NCBI GenBank assembly: GCA_964304625.1 | Contig: OZ199838.1 | Span: 7,148,035-7,212,034 of the forward strand | Reading direction: 5' to 3' | DNA: 64,000 nt | From: Kudoa neothunni | Lineage: Eukaryota > Animalia > Cnidaria | Shown here: piece after piece, positions 1 through 16,034 of the stretch | How the letters are laid out: each line of letters opens with the position of its first letter | How positions within the stretch are numbered: position 1 is the first letter of the stretch | Translations under genes and position numbers: made by a program | The notes under the pieces: generated by a model | What the model saw: the letters and a program-made list of their open reading frames with translations, nothing else | Databases searched by the model: none | What the model was told of the DNA's origin: nothing

Positions 1-1615
<1,615 letters not shown>

Positions 1616-1839
1616 TGTTTAATATCGCGTCAACTGTTGGCAAGGTGTGAAGCTGAGCGCTTGGTTTGAGCCGAAAGCTAGTTTTAAGCGCACTGCGCAT
1701 TAAGAATTTAATCCGAAACTAATGAGCAATGAGCGTGGCGCTATGATATGCGCGCGCGATAAAAACGATATCATTGTAGATTGAATAATATTTTTGTGTG
1801 AGATAAGTGTAAACACACAATTTGATAATAATCAATTTT

Positions 1840-4714
1840 TCAACGTAAAGTAGTGGCCTCCTGGACAGGACTGCCATTATTGCTCAACTGTAGTAGGATT
1901 TCCAATGAATTTCCTTCGAAAAGATATTTTAAACGATCTCTGAATTTCACACTGTATTTCATATTGTGCATTTCAATAACTCTGGAAAGATCCACCTTGA
2001 ATGTGAACGTTTTTAAATAAAGAAAATCTCATAAATAAATATCAACCTCACTGTGTTCGATGATGAATGTAATGATTCCAATGTGGTTTTTAGTGTTGCA
2101 TAGTGTGTTAAAAATTTCACAATAGCATGCATCACTGTTCCATATGAATTTATCTGATTTTATGATTCGATTAAAAATTGAAAAATATCAAAAACATGCA
2201 TACAAATAATGATAAGTGCCAATAAATAGGGACCACCGCGGAAAAGATCACGCAAGCGTCTTTCAATCGGCCAACTTGTTGACTAATTAGATAAGTTTAA
2301 TAAATTCGATTAATTAATTATTATATGTTTATTAGATTTAATTAATTACAGTCTAACCTCGATTTTCAAAAAAAATAGCGAGGTTCCGGTTAATCTAACA
2401 TAAACAATGCGCGCATTGTTTGAAACTTCTACTTAACCCTCGAATAATACCTGGAGGCGGCCAATGCCAATCAGCGCGTATTATATCAATAACTTTTACT
2501 AAATATTTTATTTCCCTTTTCCCTAGGTGTATTTTATAGTAGAATTTTTCTTTTAAAAATATTTAAGTAATAGAGCTTTAAGTTTCAATTTTCCACTTAA
2601 AATCAAAAAGTTACATACATACCTGAACATGCTCACCATTTAAATAATAACGTTTGGATATTTATTATATGTAAAATGGTTTTCTGCAATAAAATAAAAA
2701 TTATAGATATACATTGAAGAAAGGATTTTTTTTTAATTCATTTTTTTGTTTCTATAACAGCTTGATTCTATTAACTGATTTAATTTTGCATGTGAACCGC
2801 ATATATTATAATAATTTGATTAAATTACATATCAACAAAGAGTAGCAAGCTAAATACAGTTGTTCAAAGTTTAATTTAGACCATCTTATCAAACTTAAAA
2901 ATCCTTATACTATATATATTTTTTATTCATAAATTAACGTATAATGCCGAATTTCAATTTATAAGGTACGAATCTATAATTTAACGTATTTTTATCAACA
3001 AGGGAAGAGATTTCAAGATAAAATTAGGGATTTTGAGAATAAAAGAAAACCTTGGTTGTTGAAATAATAATAATAAGAAGAAAATATGAAAAATGAACCA
3101 ATAATAAAACATTTTATTTCCAAGTTTTCACGTTATTCAAAATATATACAAACATAATTATTCCTGCTCTTTGCACTTGCACAAATAAATGTCACAAAAA
3201 TGCATAATTGATTTACTTTCATTAAATTTGTTATATTTTATAATGTACAGAATAACGCAAATAATTATATTCTCAACCCTAAGTAATACGATTTTCATTA
3301 ATTTAACACATTTTTGCGTGTGGTTACTGTGGTCACCTCCAGGTATTCGAGGATTAATTATTTATTTATTAAATTTAATGTTGTCGTGCTGTACAACAAC
3401 ATACTTGTTCGTAATATTTGAACAGTAGATTGAGGAACGAAGGATTTGATGTGCCAAATAGCTTGTTATAAACATCAGGGGATTCAGTAACAAAGATGGA
3501 ATCCTTTCCCTACCAGTCGAAATCGTATGTAAAAAACATTAATCGATCTTGGTGGTCAATAATGGATGGTTACTTTTCCACAACTTTCCTTGAAAAACTC
3601 TTCATACTCAATGTATTGAAAGTTTTCGTTACGATTTTCCTATAGTGACAAAAAGAAAATAAAAATTCAACCAAAGAAATCATTTACAAGCAGAATTAAT
3701 GAGAGCAAATGTTTCAAGCGACCATCTTTCACAATACTCATAATGTCACCAATGCAATCGCGATAATACACTACAATTAAATTGATTTTAGATTAATATG
3801 ATAGATCAATATCACAAGTTAATTATTATCGATATTTAATAACACTAAAATAACAAAAAGTATGAGTTTTGAGTGAAAATTATAATAAAAAACTTCAGAC
3901 ATACTTTTATCGTATTGTTCCTTTATTTTTTTAATGTCCTAGATTAAATGATGAAATTTAAAAATTAAACCATTCTTATTTACTATGGATGACTTTCCAC
4001 AAATCATAAAAATTACAGATTCAATATTTTTGGTCTAAATATATATATTTTTATAACATATATATTATATCAATTAAGATTCAAGACACTTTGATAAATT
4101 TGTAAAGTAGCTGTGCATGAAACGTGATGTTTTCGGTTATCAGCCCAAGGATAATAAATCCAAACTTTCCGCACAATTTTTTTTCAAGTTTCTCTACTAA
4201 ATTCTGATAATTGTGATTAGCTCAATGGTGATACAGCAGGAAACTGCTCACTCTTCGGTAGACTCTTTCATACAATTCCACAATCAATAGACGTTGATCT
4301 AGCAATCGTTTACCAAATATATCAATCAATGTAGATTTCTTGATTTCTTCATAACAAATAATTGTCGATAAAAACACACGCGAAAAACGTATTATACTCA
4401 TTCTGCCAGCCGAAAGCACTTTGTTTATCTCAATACAATCATCTAAGACATTCTTATCGTGTGGAACGTTTATTGTGCTGCCGGATTTTAGAAAATTAGA
4501 GTTTGGTAGAAATGGCTAAACAAACCAAAATCAGGGTTTCAATGTATCAGCTGATGCTGATTAGATCGCGCAAATTTATATTCACCTGTAGCATTACACC
4601 TGTCAAACTGTTTGAACGATCACAGTTGGCGGACGGTGGAATTTTTATCGGAGATAAATTATGTGAAAGCATGGTCAGTTCAACTGTCCGTTGTCCATTA
4701 TCTATACCTGACAT
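1840..4714 (-). CDS. Spliced gene of unknown function (start codon uncertain)
   Basis: Run of open exons with GT-AG boundaries: MSGIDNG..VMLQ | PFLPNS..ERVYRR | NLVEKLEK.. | YYRDCIGD..LILL | ENRNENFQ..CGK | GKDSIF..KYYEQ | INSYGT..SSNT | VDLSRV..ATTLR stop at 1840. One phase mismatch near the T8 run at 4177-4184. No recognised domain. Confidence 0.6.
2437..3353. mobile_element. Non-autonomous piggyBac-type element inside the 1.25-kb intron (2154-3404) of the orphan gene
   Basis: TTAA at 2433-2436 and 3354-3357. Inverted ends CCCTCGAATA(ATA)CCTGGAGG / CCTCCAGGTATTCGAGGA. Confidence 0.75.
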
Positions 4715-5094
4715 CCTGAATCTAACTCTCGATATGTAATGCCGGTTTGATCGAGATTAAGCCAGTTGTTAAGCTGAGCGCCAACTTTATATTTTGCAAA
4801 TCCCACAAGAATCATACTAATTCTATTTCACTATGGTATCAATAGCAAAATTTATTAAAAGTTATTATTTAGTAACTAAGCCAACTCTAATATTATTATT
4901 CACTTGGTTAGATTGTTACGACCTAATCCCTTCTTTAGTATAAGAAAACACCAATCTATTCACACGCATAGTATATATCTGAATTCTCATAAAATTATCA
5001 TCGCGTTCTGATTCAAATTTTTTAATATTTAATAAAAATCACTTATCCGAATTTTTTACCCATATGCAACATCTAATCTATCTTGAGAAGATAT

Positions 5095-5112
5095 CGCACG
5101 CATGCGTTCGCA
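5095..5112. promoter_or_regulatory. Putative bidirectional promoter element (GCACGCATGCG, NRF1-like) between the orphan gene and CHMP4
   Basis: CG-rich word in AT-rich DNA between divergent genes. Similar words precede other housekeeping ATGs in the window. Confidence 0.5.
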
Positions 5113-5253
5113 CTACAAACGAACACTTGGATTAGCTCGAATTCATTGTTGCTACTTTTTCGCAAATACTAGCATTATTAATATATTGTATATTTGGGTG
5201 ATTTTAGGAACTTTCTCAAATAATTTTCATTCTAGCTATAGTAATTGTAAACG

Positions 5254-6153
5254 ATGAGAAAACTTTTTGGAGGAAAAAAAAAAGCAATCCACGAATTCAC
5301 AAGAAGAAGCATTAATCAAATTGAGAGCATCTGAAACAATGCTTATTAAGAAGATCGATTTTGTCGAATCAAGAATCGATGCACAACTCAAAATTGCAAT
5401 GGAGAACAAAACAAAAAATAAACGAGGTATTTATCTAATGGAATATGTGTGTGTTTCAATTTTCCCTTCTTTTAGTTGCAATAAATGCGCTGAAAAACAA
5501 AAAACGGTTTGAAGAACAACTCAAATCCTATGAAGGAATGCTAAATACTATCTACACACAAATTGATACCCTTGAAAGCTCCCAAACCACCGTCGAAGTT
5601 GCTAAAAGTGTTCAGAGTGCCACAGTGGCGATGAAAAGTGCCCACACCAAACTTAATGTAAACAAAATATCAGATATTGTGGACGATATGCAAGAAGAGC
5701 ATGACAAAGCAATGGAAATGAGCGAAGCACTTGCCAATATGGGTGGAATTGCCCCTATATATGATGATGTAATTGTTCACACCAAAATAATTCCTCTTTC
5801 CTTTGGTGTAAAAATAATTGTAAATTTACTTGGTTTTAGGATGAACTTTTGGGCGAACTTGATGAACTTAACGAACTAGAGGACCAACAACTTCAAGATA
5901 TCGTCACTGATGCTGAAATAAAATTAGATGATCTACCCAGTGTTCCCCAAAAACTCCCAGATGTTCCCGTTGTTTCTCAATCAACCAACACACCCACTAA
6001 AAAGAAAGTGGCTATTGGTGAAACTACTTCTTCTAACACCCAAACAAGTATTGTTTCTCAGTCTACTTATAAGTGCTTATTTTATTGTATAAATGATTTT
6101 CAGGCAATAAAGAAATCGAAGATGAACTAAATAAACTAATGGACTGGAGTTGA
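5254..6153 (+). CDS. CHMP4: ESCRT-III subunit CHMP4/Snf7, 4 exons
   Basis: MRKLFGGKKK..QEEALIKLRASETMLIKKIDFVE..KNKR|VAINALKNKKRFEEQL..VNKISDIVDDMQEE..DD|DELLGELDEL..LPSVP..EIEDELNKLMDWS stop. Introns 5427-5475, 5769-5839, about 6048-6103. The A10 run at 5274-5283 has one base too many for the ATG frame. Confidence 0.93.
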
Positions 6154-6762
6154 ATCCAATTTTTAAACAACTGATTTATATATTTTAAGCTTGAATTTCG
6201 TATTATAAATTTGTATTTTTGTTACATAGATATTATAGATTGCATTAATATTTTCAAATAATTGAATATTTGATATGTTTACCACAATTTTGAAAACTTT
6301 TATCAAATTACGAAAAAATAGCGCCATTGTGTGAATTTAATTTTTTTTTATTTTTATATGGTTTTCTTTGAATCATAAATTTAAGAAACCTTTGTGAAAT
6401 AATTTTTAAATAAAATTATAATAATTATGTTCGTGCATGTTACATGTTCTGGAGGTTGCTTGTGAAGCCGCAGATTCTCATCTAAGGGGAGATATTCTTT
6501 GATTTTACATCCTTTTAGATATCTCACTATTAGAGAATATTTTTTCAATTTATGTAGTGAGTGTAGAGTTTGTTTATGTTTGAAGATCATTCCGAATTCT
6601 TTTTTGAAATTTAGTTTTCGCGGCATGATTGTAAAGTATTATCACGCTTAAGTATTTTGTGATTAAAGTTTATAAAAATACTATTATTTTGTTTTATTTC
6701 ATTTTATTTTCAAATGGAGGGCTCACTTATTTTGGGGGGGGGGGGTTTCAAGATAATGTCAA

Positions 6763-7011
6763 ACTCTTATTAGACAACGGGGAGCTCCACGAGCCCAACT
6801 TTCAATTATTTTCTTTATAAATAATGAAGATGAACTTGTCATATTTTGTATATTATCGCCAAATTTTCACCCCTCCCTCTAGAAAAGTTATTATCTATCG
6901 ATTATCGTAATAAAAATGATTAAACCTCCAGCGTAAACACACAAAATATGACAAGTTTACATCAAAATAATAGAAAGGTAGGCGCGTGAGCGTATAGTTG
7001 TCGTTTAAGGG
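6763..7011. mobile_element. Short foldback MITE, piggyBac-like end
   Basis: Right end AAGGG followed by TTAA; degenerate inverted left end; internal inverted pair AACTTGTCATATTTTGT (about 6834) / ACAAAATATGACAAGTT (about 6941). Confidence 0.5.
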
Positions 7012-7621
7012 TTAATTTTATAGCGACATCATAACACATGTGGAAGTACATTTTTCGTATTGTTAGCCGTTGAATTTTAAGATCAAATCGTTTGTAATAT
7101 TAGCGCTAAATTCAAACTTTTTTTATTTTTGTATGATTTGAAATTTGATTTCCTTAGATGGATACTTGTCCCATTATATAGTAATATTAGATTAAGAAAA
7201 TAATTCAGTTTTCTATCTGGATAAGAATTATGAATGGGGTTATCAAATATTCCTTGAATTTAAGCTAAGTGTTAGCATATTGGCTTACTTTTACTTTCGT
7301 ATTAAAATATCGGATTTAATAATAGAAATTAAACGTCTATAACACTTGAAAACAAGGTCTCGAGAAACATTATTTAAGGCTGACATTAATTAATTATAGG
7401 TCAATTTTAAATTTAAATAGGCGCTTTTCCTTTCATTGTCGTTGAAACAAATATGATTATAAATTTATTATCATTCAATTCTTTGTGATAAATTTATTAA
7501 TAATTAGAGGTGAAATCAACTAATAAAAATGATTATTCATTAGTTTACTTTTTATGATTTAAACCATGAGTCTCCAAAGTGGTCGCAATCAACCCCTTGA
7601 GATCAATGAGAGCTTCTAGAG

Positions 7622-7886
7622 CAGCGGTTTTCAGAAGGGCGGATCTGCTGGAAAGCTCAAATTGTATGGTGAGTCCCCATATATATTAAAGAAATTGTAA
7701 AAAACTAAAATATAAGGCTTATAAAAAATTTTTTATTCCATTTATTTACAAATAACTAAAATTTATTATTCCCAAAAGTTATTCGACATCGTCAAGGATG
7801 TAGACAACATGTATTCGTAAATAAATACCTATCATTAGTTTCTATATTTTTTCGGTGCTACGGATCACCGTTTACAAAAACTACTG
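7622..7886. mobile_element. hAT-Charlie-type MITE
   Basis: Ends CAGCGGTTTT / AAAACTACTG. 8-bp flanks TTCTAGAG and TTCAAGAG (one mismatch), matching the NTCTAGAN Charlie target preference. Confidence 0.65.
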
Positions 7887-9429
7887 TTCAAGAGGGTCAA
7901 TTCGAATTATAAAGTGTTCACCGAACTTTATGGGCTTTAAGGTAATACTGCCTATCTTTCTACTCCATAGTACAATATTTATAAAATTAATTAACGACTG
8001 ACTCTAACATTTGTTTTCTATTTTCATTTTTTAGGTTAAAATCCATCTCCAATTTTCGTGGTTATACAATTTAATTTTTACCATTTAAGTAGAGATTCTT
8101 TGTGGCTCATGAAAAACTAACGAATACATTAAAGTTGTTTTGCTTAAATTTAAATGGTCACTAGTATTAATTGTCATCAACAGTATACACCACAATAACG
8201 ATAGTTTACATTAAGTCTATACTTAACTAGGAATGGTAAGTTTTGTTTTTAAAGTTGATTTGAATCAAAATTATGAAAGTTCCGAAAATAATTGTAATAA
8301 TCTACAGTTGTCGTTTCACCTCCTGTGAATATTTCAAAAACTCTTAAAGCTACCTCAAGCTACAGGACATTATATTAAGGTAAAAATTAAGATATTTAAA
8401 TTAACTTTTCTATAAAGCCATGAATAAATATTAACTTGTCTATATATGATACAATTTAAGCTTTAAAAACTTCTGTTGTACTTAGATTTGTGCAAAAGAA
8501 TTTAATTATAATCATATACAAGTAATCTAGTGCAAGGGACCTATTGAACATGATTTATGATGAAAAGCAAATTAACTGTGTTTAATTTTGATTTTTTAGG
8601 AATATAAAAATTAACAAAAAGCTATTTAAATATCGATTGATACCAAGCTTGGTATTACGATTCAGAATATTATTCGCACATTCAATTATATTTTCAGTAA
8701 TTGATACACGAACTAGAAACGCTTAATCATAATACTGTTTGAGTATACTCTGTACGATATATCTATCGACAATAAGAATCATGAAACCATGTAACGGTGT
8801 AAGTAGCAAAAAATTTATCAGTTTGGTTTTAAATTGAGACAAAAGTATACGCCTAACTCATGACCAGGTGGTTTATATTTGTAAAAGTTATCCATCATTA
8901 TAAGGCCAAACAAAAAACGTTCAACGATGGAAAGTAAATGCTTTCATCGTGGGAAATTTTAATTATAATTTGGAACTTCGCTTTAGTGTTCGTCATTTTG
9001 AACCCTAACAACACCTATTTACAATCGGCATATAAATTTCATTAATCCAAACCGCTATCATCCATTATTTTTGAGCGATTTTTCGCTTTAAGCAATCAAA
9101 TATTATTAAATATAGTCCAAACTAAAACTCCCGGAATACCTTCGTTTGCGAAAATAGACACTTATGTTATAGAAATTCAAAGCATAGGTTTTTCGGATTT
9201 AGAATATCATGGATTGAAATTCTGAAGTGACAGTATTATCCTCATTATTACCGGAAATGCAATATATGGGCAGCTACATCACTTAGCGTCTTAATGCCTC
9301 GGATATAATTTTAGCCATTGCGCGAACATATACGCGTTAAATCGCTCGTAATATATGAGATATTGTTTGGCACACTTAGTCTATGTCTCCACATGTATCA
9401 TAGTATTCGTAATGAATTCCGCAATTAGA

Positions 9430-9760
9430 AGGAAAGAAAAGCAGACAATATTCCCAAGAATATTTGAAATATGGTTTTGTACCATCATGCGATAATGAAA
9501 CCATCCCCACGTGTCTTTTATGTAGAAAAAAAATAAGCAATAACGCCAAGAAACAGGCTAAAATGAAAGACGAATTAGAGAGAATACACCCTGATAAAAA
9601 AGATAGGGATTTAAATTTTTTAAATGCTCAAGGATAAATTGAGAGCTCAACAAAACATGAATTTCCTTTTTAAAACACCTGTTAGTGTTGATAACGAAGT
9701 ATAGCTAAGGGTATCATGCAGTATCTCTCTCGGTAGAGAAAAAAAGAGGAGCCATATATA
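9430..9760 (+). mobile_element. Decayed hAT (Charlie/SCAND3-like) transposase N-terminus with BED finger
   Basis: GFVPSCDNETIPTCLLCRKKISNNAKKQAKMKDELERIHPDKKDRDLNF, with frameshifts around it. Confidence 0.7.
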
Positions 9761-9766
9761 CATATA

Positions 9767-11023
9767 CAGTAAGGTCTCGATATTGCGAGGTTCGATATAG
9801 GGTAGTTGACGTTTTTATGAAACTTTTGTATCCAACGTTGTAAATTTTTTGATGCATATAATCTTTTAGTTTAACATTATATACAAAAATACGAAATGAC
9901 ATTTATTTGACACGTTTTTGGTAAGATCCAGAATCTTGCTGTTGGGCAGTAATTGCTTCCAATTTTAATTTGGTTAATCCACCAAATTACACATTCGAGC
10001 GGAAGTCGTTGCGAGAAGAAAAAGAAATTTTGATAAAAAAATTGAAATTATTCAGTATTATGATGATTCAGTTAAATCCATCCAAAATGCGAATAAATGA
10101 TTCTAGAGCATCATAAATTATCATATATTCTGTTATTGTGAGTTTTATTCAAATTAGAATAGGTTATTCTTCTCTGAATATTATTTCACCTAATAAACCT
10201 GATATAATAAATTCCAACATTGTTTCCAACCGTAAAAGGTCGCAAATACAAAATATATCGAACTTGAAATTGAGTTATATGACCAGATGGTGTCAGAACC
10301 TAAAAAAGAAAAATATTCTAGAGTTTGTAATCACCAAAAAGGCAAACCTTTTGCTAATGATCTTAAAATCATTGGTTTCGGTTGAAGCAAAGGTTGACTT
10401 GAAAATTTTAAGAGTCGCTCTTGTTTTATAAATTCATTCTCCGTGGAAAAGCGGAGAGCGTTGATGATAATACTACTTACGCTCGGGGAAACAAATTTTC
10501 AGGTAATAAGTAGATGTGAAAAAAGAACCATCAACTCTTGGCGAGACTGCTCTTTTTTATGAACATTGCACTCAACGAACATTTGTAATAATGAATAAGT
10601 AAAATTAAAAGGAAATGAAATGAAATGAAACGTTCGAAGAATCAGCCATTGCACTATAGGCCCTTTAATTTAAAAGAAAATAATTTTTCCATAAATTTTC
10701 ATTGATAAATTCAAAGAAACCGACTAATTTAAAATAAATTAATGGGTTTTCTGTTAAATACTACGACCAAAAAATGGTTTGACGTCTTCAACTTTCTTGT
10801 CGGTATTTTAAATATCTTGATCAAAAGTTCGCGAAAGAAAAGGGAAAAGCTCATATATTGTTATATCGATGTCATTCATATTCATAAATAAATAATTCAA
10901 ACAAAGTTGATCACATTTCCTTAAAAAATAAAAAATTTATTCTTATAAAACACGCGCCAAGACTTGATATTGGGCATTAAAACTTCAGGTCCCAATTTAG
11001 TGCACAATACCGAGACCTTACTT
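9767..11023 (+). mobile_element. Decayed pogo/Tigger element
   Basis: TA-flanked TIRs CAGTAAGGTCTCG / CGAGACCTTACTT. Broken CENP-B HTH and ETALFYE remnants inside. Confidence 0.7.
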
Positions 11024-11044
11024 TATATATATATATACATACAT

Positions 11045-12308
11045 ACAATAGTTCAATATCAAATTGCAATCGAAACTCGCGCTAAAAAAAGATATCTGAC
11101 CATTGTTCAAGCGACCCAGAGTTTACAACTTCAACAATTAGAATTTCACCGAGAAAACAATCTTCAAAAATTGATGCTATCACAGGAGCGGTTGTTGTTA
11201 ATTTTACGATGTTTGATTATGCGATTTTAAAATTATATTAAATTTTATTCTAACGGAGGGGAATACAAAACAGCAGATTGCTGATTCCGTCAAATGCCAT
11301 CTTGGTACTGTTGGTCGAATAATAAAACAGTTCGACGCTAAATTTGATGCTTCTAAAAAAAGACAGGCGGAGATAGACGAACTATTTTAAGTCTAGAACA
11401 AAAACAAATACTTGAATGTGTCGATTCCTATTGCACTATCACATTAAAATCACTTGCAGATGCATTAAAAACAATATTCAAATAAATGTGTCGAGGAAAC
11501 CATAAGAAAAGTTTGGGAAAGTTCCCATTATTTCCTAAAAAAATATCACTAGTCTCTGTCGCCCAAAAGTCGCATGAAAATTTTACTCAAAAGAAAAAAG
11601 TAGTTGTTAATTTAGTTTTAATCTAAATGTTTTTTAGTTATGTTTTACAATATCTTAATTTAAAACCAGAATTAACCTATATCGTGTTCATCGATGACTC
11701 TGGATTTTCGCTGTCAATGCGAAGAACTCTTGGTCGATCATTAATTGGAACTAGATCAAACCGAATGGTTAATTCTATCCTATCAAAGAATATCACATTT
11801 GGAGCAACCATCGCCTACATCAAACTTTGGACCTTCAAATTGTGTGAAGGATCAGTGAATTCAACAGTTTTTTTCAAATTATATTAATCAACTTTTCTCC
11901 GATTTTGATGAAAATAACATTCCCAATTCATTAATAACCATGGACAATCCGAAGTTTCATATAACGGATGCTGTCGTTAGCATTATTAATACGAGTAGAC
12001 ACTAAGTTCTCTTCCCTCCACCATATCCCCCCTTCCTAAATTCCGTTGAGGAGTTATTCCGTCTACTCAAATCCATCGTTAGGAGTAAAAGTCCACAAAA
12101 TCAACATGATTTGATTACAGCAATAGAAAACTCATCCCAAGAAATATCTTCTCAACAATGCTCGAATTATTTTAATCACGCAGAGACATACTTCACTAGA
12201 TGTCTTAATTCTGAAATTATCAAAAATTAACTATCATATTGTTTTTTATCATTTTTGGAATAAATTTCTTTTGTTGGGGCGGTTTTTTGCATTGTATTGA
12301 ACTAATGG
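11045..12308 (+). mobile_element. Decayed Tc1/IS630-like transposon
   Basis: Remnants FIDDSGFSLSMRRTLGRS, MDNPKFH, PPPYPPFLNSVEE. Inverted ends TAGTTCAATA / TATTGAACTA. Confidence 0.75.
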
Positions 12309-12539
12309 ATTAAATCGCGTCATATTCAGGAAAGAAAAATGAACTTTTACAAGGGGGACGAATTGGCTGGAAAATATTAATTATCTTAAAATAAATATTA
12401 ATTAATAAATGATTTCTCCCAGAAAAATGTCGATGTGTGTTTTTACATAATCGATGTAAACCTACATAAGAATGTTTATAAATAAATTAAAGATTCCTCG
12501 AGAAAAACTGTCTCCAATGCATAAAATTACGTAATATTA

Positions 12540-13898
12540 TAGGGTTTCCCGAGCTTTAGTGACACATTACTTAAGACAGCTATATAATTAGGTAAAAAAA
12601 TACAAAAATATTACTTTAAATTTCGAATGAACAAAAAATAATAATTTGGGGAATTTGAAAAAGATATTCAAACATTATCGTATAATTTATACTTATTCTA
12701 GAATAATTTATCAATTCAAACATCTGTTGACATAACGAAGCATTTTTCGATAATAACTTGAGCAGTCGTTGGTGGTAATAACTTTGAAACCATCATCTAT
12801 TAGATTTAAAAGGCCGCTTTCATTTCTCGCTTGTCCTCTCACAACATGATTTTTCCATTTGCTGAACACATTTTCAATTGGATTCATGAAGGATGAATAC
12901 GGAGGTAGATACATCAACGTTAGTTGTAACGTTGTTAAAATTTCGCTAAGTCCCCGATAATGATGTATCCTTGCATTATCTAAAATGAAGCATGGATCTT
13001 CAATTTCCAAAGAACGGCACAAATCTGCCAACTTAATGAGGAACTCTTTAAAACCTTCGCCATTTACTGGTCTCAGATTTGTTTTATATAGCACTATGTC
13101 ATACTTATTCATCGCTGCGATGACGGATATGTTTCTTGACATGACGGCTTTTACGTTTACATATGCTGATGTACCAGCAAGCGAACGACCCTGTCTTGTA
13201 CGTGACGATACATCAAAAATAACTTCGCCAATAAAAACAAAGTTGCTGCCTTCTGTCTCAAGCAGTTGTGAATTGAACTCTTGGGCGTACACAAAACGTT
13301 TTTCCGCTGTATCGTCAGAGTTTCTTCGTTCAGGAACAATGGTGAGCATTTTTAAAGAATAATGGAATTCTTTAAAGCATCTATTTATTGTGCTAACGCT
13401 AACACTCACGTCACATTCGCCTAATAATTTTTGACGAAGAGTCTTAAGGGTAATGGTGGCGTCCTTATCCACCCAACTTCTAATCCGCAACTTTTGATCT
13501 TCATTGAGTTTTGAAGAAAAGTCACCACCCCTTTTAATGACTTTTCTTTTCCACCGAGAAGATATGATTTTACAATTGAAGCAACAGTTTGTCGCTTAAT
13601 TCCAACATTTTCAGTGATGACGGCGTTGCTGTAACCCAATTCGCACTGATTAGCAATCATTTTCCTATCTCGGTCACTTATTGTTTGTCCCTTAAATTTG
13701 GTTCGAGTTGTCATTTGAGAATCGTCGCTATTATCTGTTTTTAAAGTTTATAAATATTAAACTAACGTGTAATGTTAAATTTATACCACTCATATTATTT
13801 TTATTCGATTAATTTACAATGTGAACTTAATTATAAGCTTAAATTACGCACGTGTCACTCAAGCTTGACATGATGTCATTAATGCTCGGAAAACCCTA
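12540..13898 (-). mobile_element. Tc1/IS630-like DD34E transposon, frameshifted transposase (13714 to 12711)
   Basis: TIRs TAGGGTTTCCCGAGC / GCTCGGAAAACCCTA with TA on both sides. ILDNARIH..PPYSSFMNPIE gives 34 residues between D and E. First catalytic D appears mutated (FIGE). Confidence 0.9.
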
Positions 13899-14139
13899 TA
13901 TTTTTATTTTGGCATAATGATATTATGCCAAAATAAAGATCAAAGCTAAAATATTTAGGTTTTCTCTTTTTTTAAGTATTAAAGTAGATTTATAAAATTA
14001 AATACACATTTTTAGATCAAACTATGTTGATTTAAATAAGTAATGCCTATTACAATCTTAAGAGTTCGGTTCCATTTTGCATATTATGTTAACGCATGTA
14101 TCAATTGCAAGTCGATCCGCCTCACAAAAATTTGATGTT

Positions 14140-16034
14140 GAAATACTATACATATTATTGAAGAAGACGTTATAGTACTTGCAATTAAAGATGTAATTGA
14201 ACATGTTTTTAAGAAAGAACCTCTGTCAGTTCTAAAATGCATACCATTGAGCGTAAAATTCTGTACCAGGACGCATTGAAGAAATGGCAAATGATGTAGA
14301 AAGAACATTAATATCTGAGCTCTAGCAATGTAAATTTTCTGTTCATCTAAACGAATCAGCTTTTGGAAATTCAAATATTCTGATGGCTATGGTGAGGTTT
14401 TATAGTCCATACCTTAAGGATACTATTGATGGATTTCTATTCTCCCATGACCTTGAAATCGACCCCAAAGGCAAGATTATTTTTTCATATTTGGAGAGCT
14501 ATTTGAATAAGCACAATGCCCCTCTTGGAAATGTTATTGCTGTGACTACTGAAGGTGCGCCATCTATGATAAATCGTTGTAGAGAATTTTCGGCTTTTCC
14601 TAATGAAAAGGTACCTACAATGAAAACCGTTCATTATTTCTTATATAGACAACATGTAACGAAGAAGCCTAATGGCGAATTAAACGATGCTTTAAAAATG
14701 TGTATTAGAGTAATCACAGAATTAACGTTCATCCGCTAAATGCCGAGTTGTTTGAAAGGTTATGCGAAACAAATGATGAAATTTATAATCATTCGCTTTT
14801 GCACACTGAAGTAAGATGGTTGTCAAGAGGGGATAGTTTGCAAAGGTTTGCTGATTTGTATGACTTAAAGTAAAAATTTCAAGCTAACCCTGACCCACCC
14901 ACTTTGCCACAAGTTGAAATTAACCAAAAATCATCTTTTTATTCGGCAAGCTTATATTCCAAATTTAATTAAGTACAAAAGCGTCTGCAAGAAAAAGTAG
15001 TTACAATCATTCAAACTCGAACCATTATAATGATTTTCAAACAAAGATAGAGCTATTTAAATCTTCGCTGGCACGTAGACATAACAAATATTTTTCAAAT
15101 ATGCAAATATTAAAAGAATCAAAAAATATTTCTGATCATGACTTAGGGTTGTATATTGAGCATCCTGATAAATTTAAGGAAGATTTCAAAATACGGTGTA
15201 AAGACTCGGAGAATATGTACATTCATGAGAAGCTTATCACTCCATTTAATATGGAAATATATAATAATGGTTATAAATCTGATATTGAAGATGAACTCAT
15301 TGAAATGTCTGTAGATTTAGAAACTAAAACATTGTTCATACAAGTGAACCTTAGTGATTTTGAAGTAATATCAATACTGCTATCAAATACCCAAAGTTTT
15401 CCGAGGCGGCCGAATATTTTTTAATATCGTCCCCAATTTCCTATCTGACTGAAGTCGGTTGTAGTCACGCGAACGCAATTTTGCCAAAGGGAAGGAACCG
15501 GTTTAACTTTGAGAACTGTGGTGATTTGCGACTGAAACTGACAAACTTTCGACCAGACATTTAGAGTTTGGTTGCTGCTCACCAAGTACATCCTTCTCAT
15601 TAAGTCAAGGATTGAATACCAAAATGTGTTTGTATATATGTCGTTTTAGTTATTTTGTTGTAATTGTTCTCATAAATAGATACATAAAATTATTTTCAAC
15701 ATCCATTAATTCCAATTAAATCAACAAATTTTCATCTAATTCATGATAAATTTACTAATATAATTGTTTTTTGCGCTACGATCTGATTATAAATATTTGT
15801 GTAAATTTACACATATCTAAAATTATTCTGATACATCTTGACATTACATCCTTAATAAATAATACTTTTTCAATAAGTATAATTTTGCATTTTATAATAT
15901 ATTTAAAAAAGAATACTAATGGGATATGTTTCAGATATTTCTATTTCGTTAAGTCGAGAAGCTGAAAATAATTTATAATTTTTAATAACATCTCTGGAGA
16001 GGGGTCGACGAGAGAAAAAGTTAGGAGACCCCTG
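14140..16034 (+). mobile_element. Decayed hAT-Charlie transposase with right terminus
   Basis: AVTTEGAPSM, LLHTEVRWLSRG, dimerisation-domain remnants. Right end TTAGGAGACCCCTG followed by CTCTATAC. Confidence 0.85.

Noticed and set aside
9430-14200. hAT fragments at 9430-9760 and 14140 onward as exact halves of one split element
   Set aside because: The coding motifs overlap by a few codons at the junction and no shared TSD could be shown.
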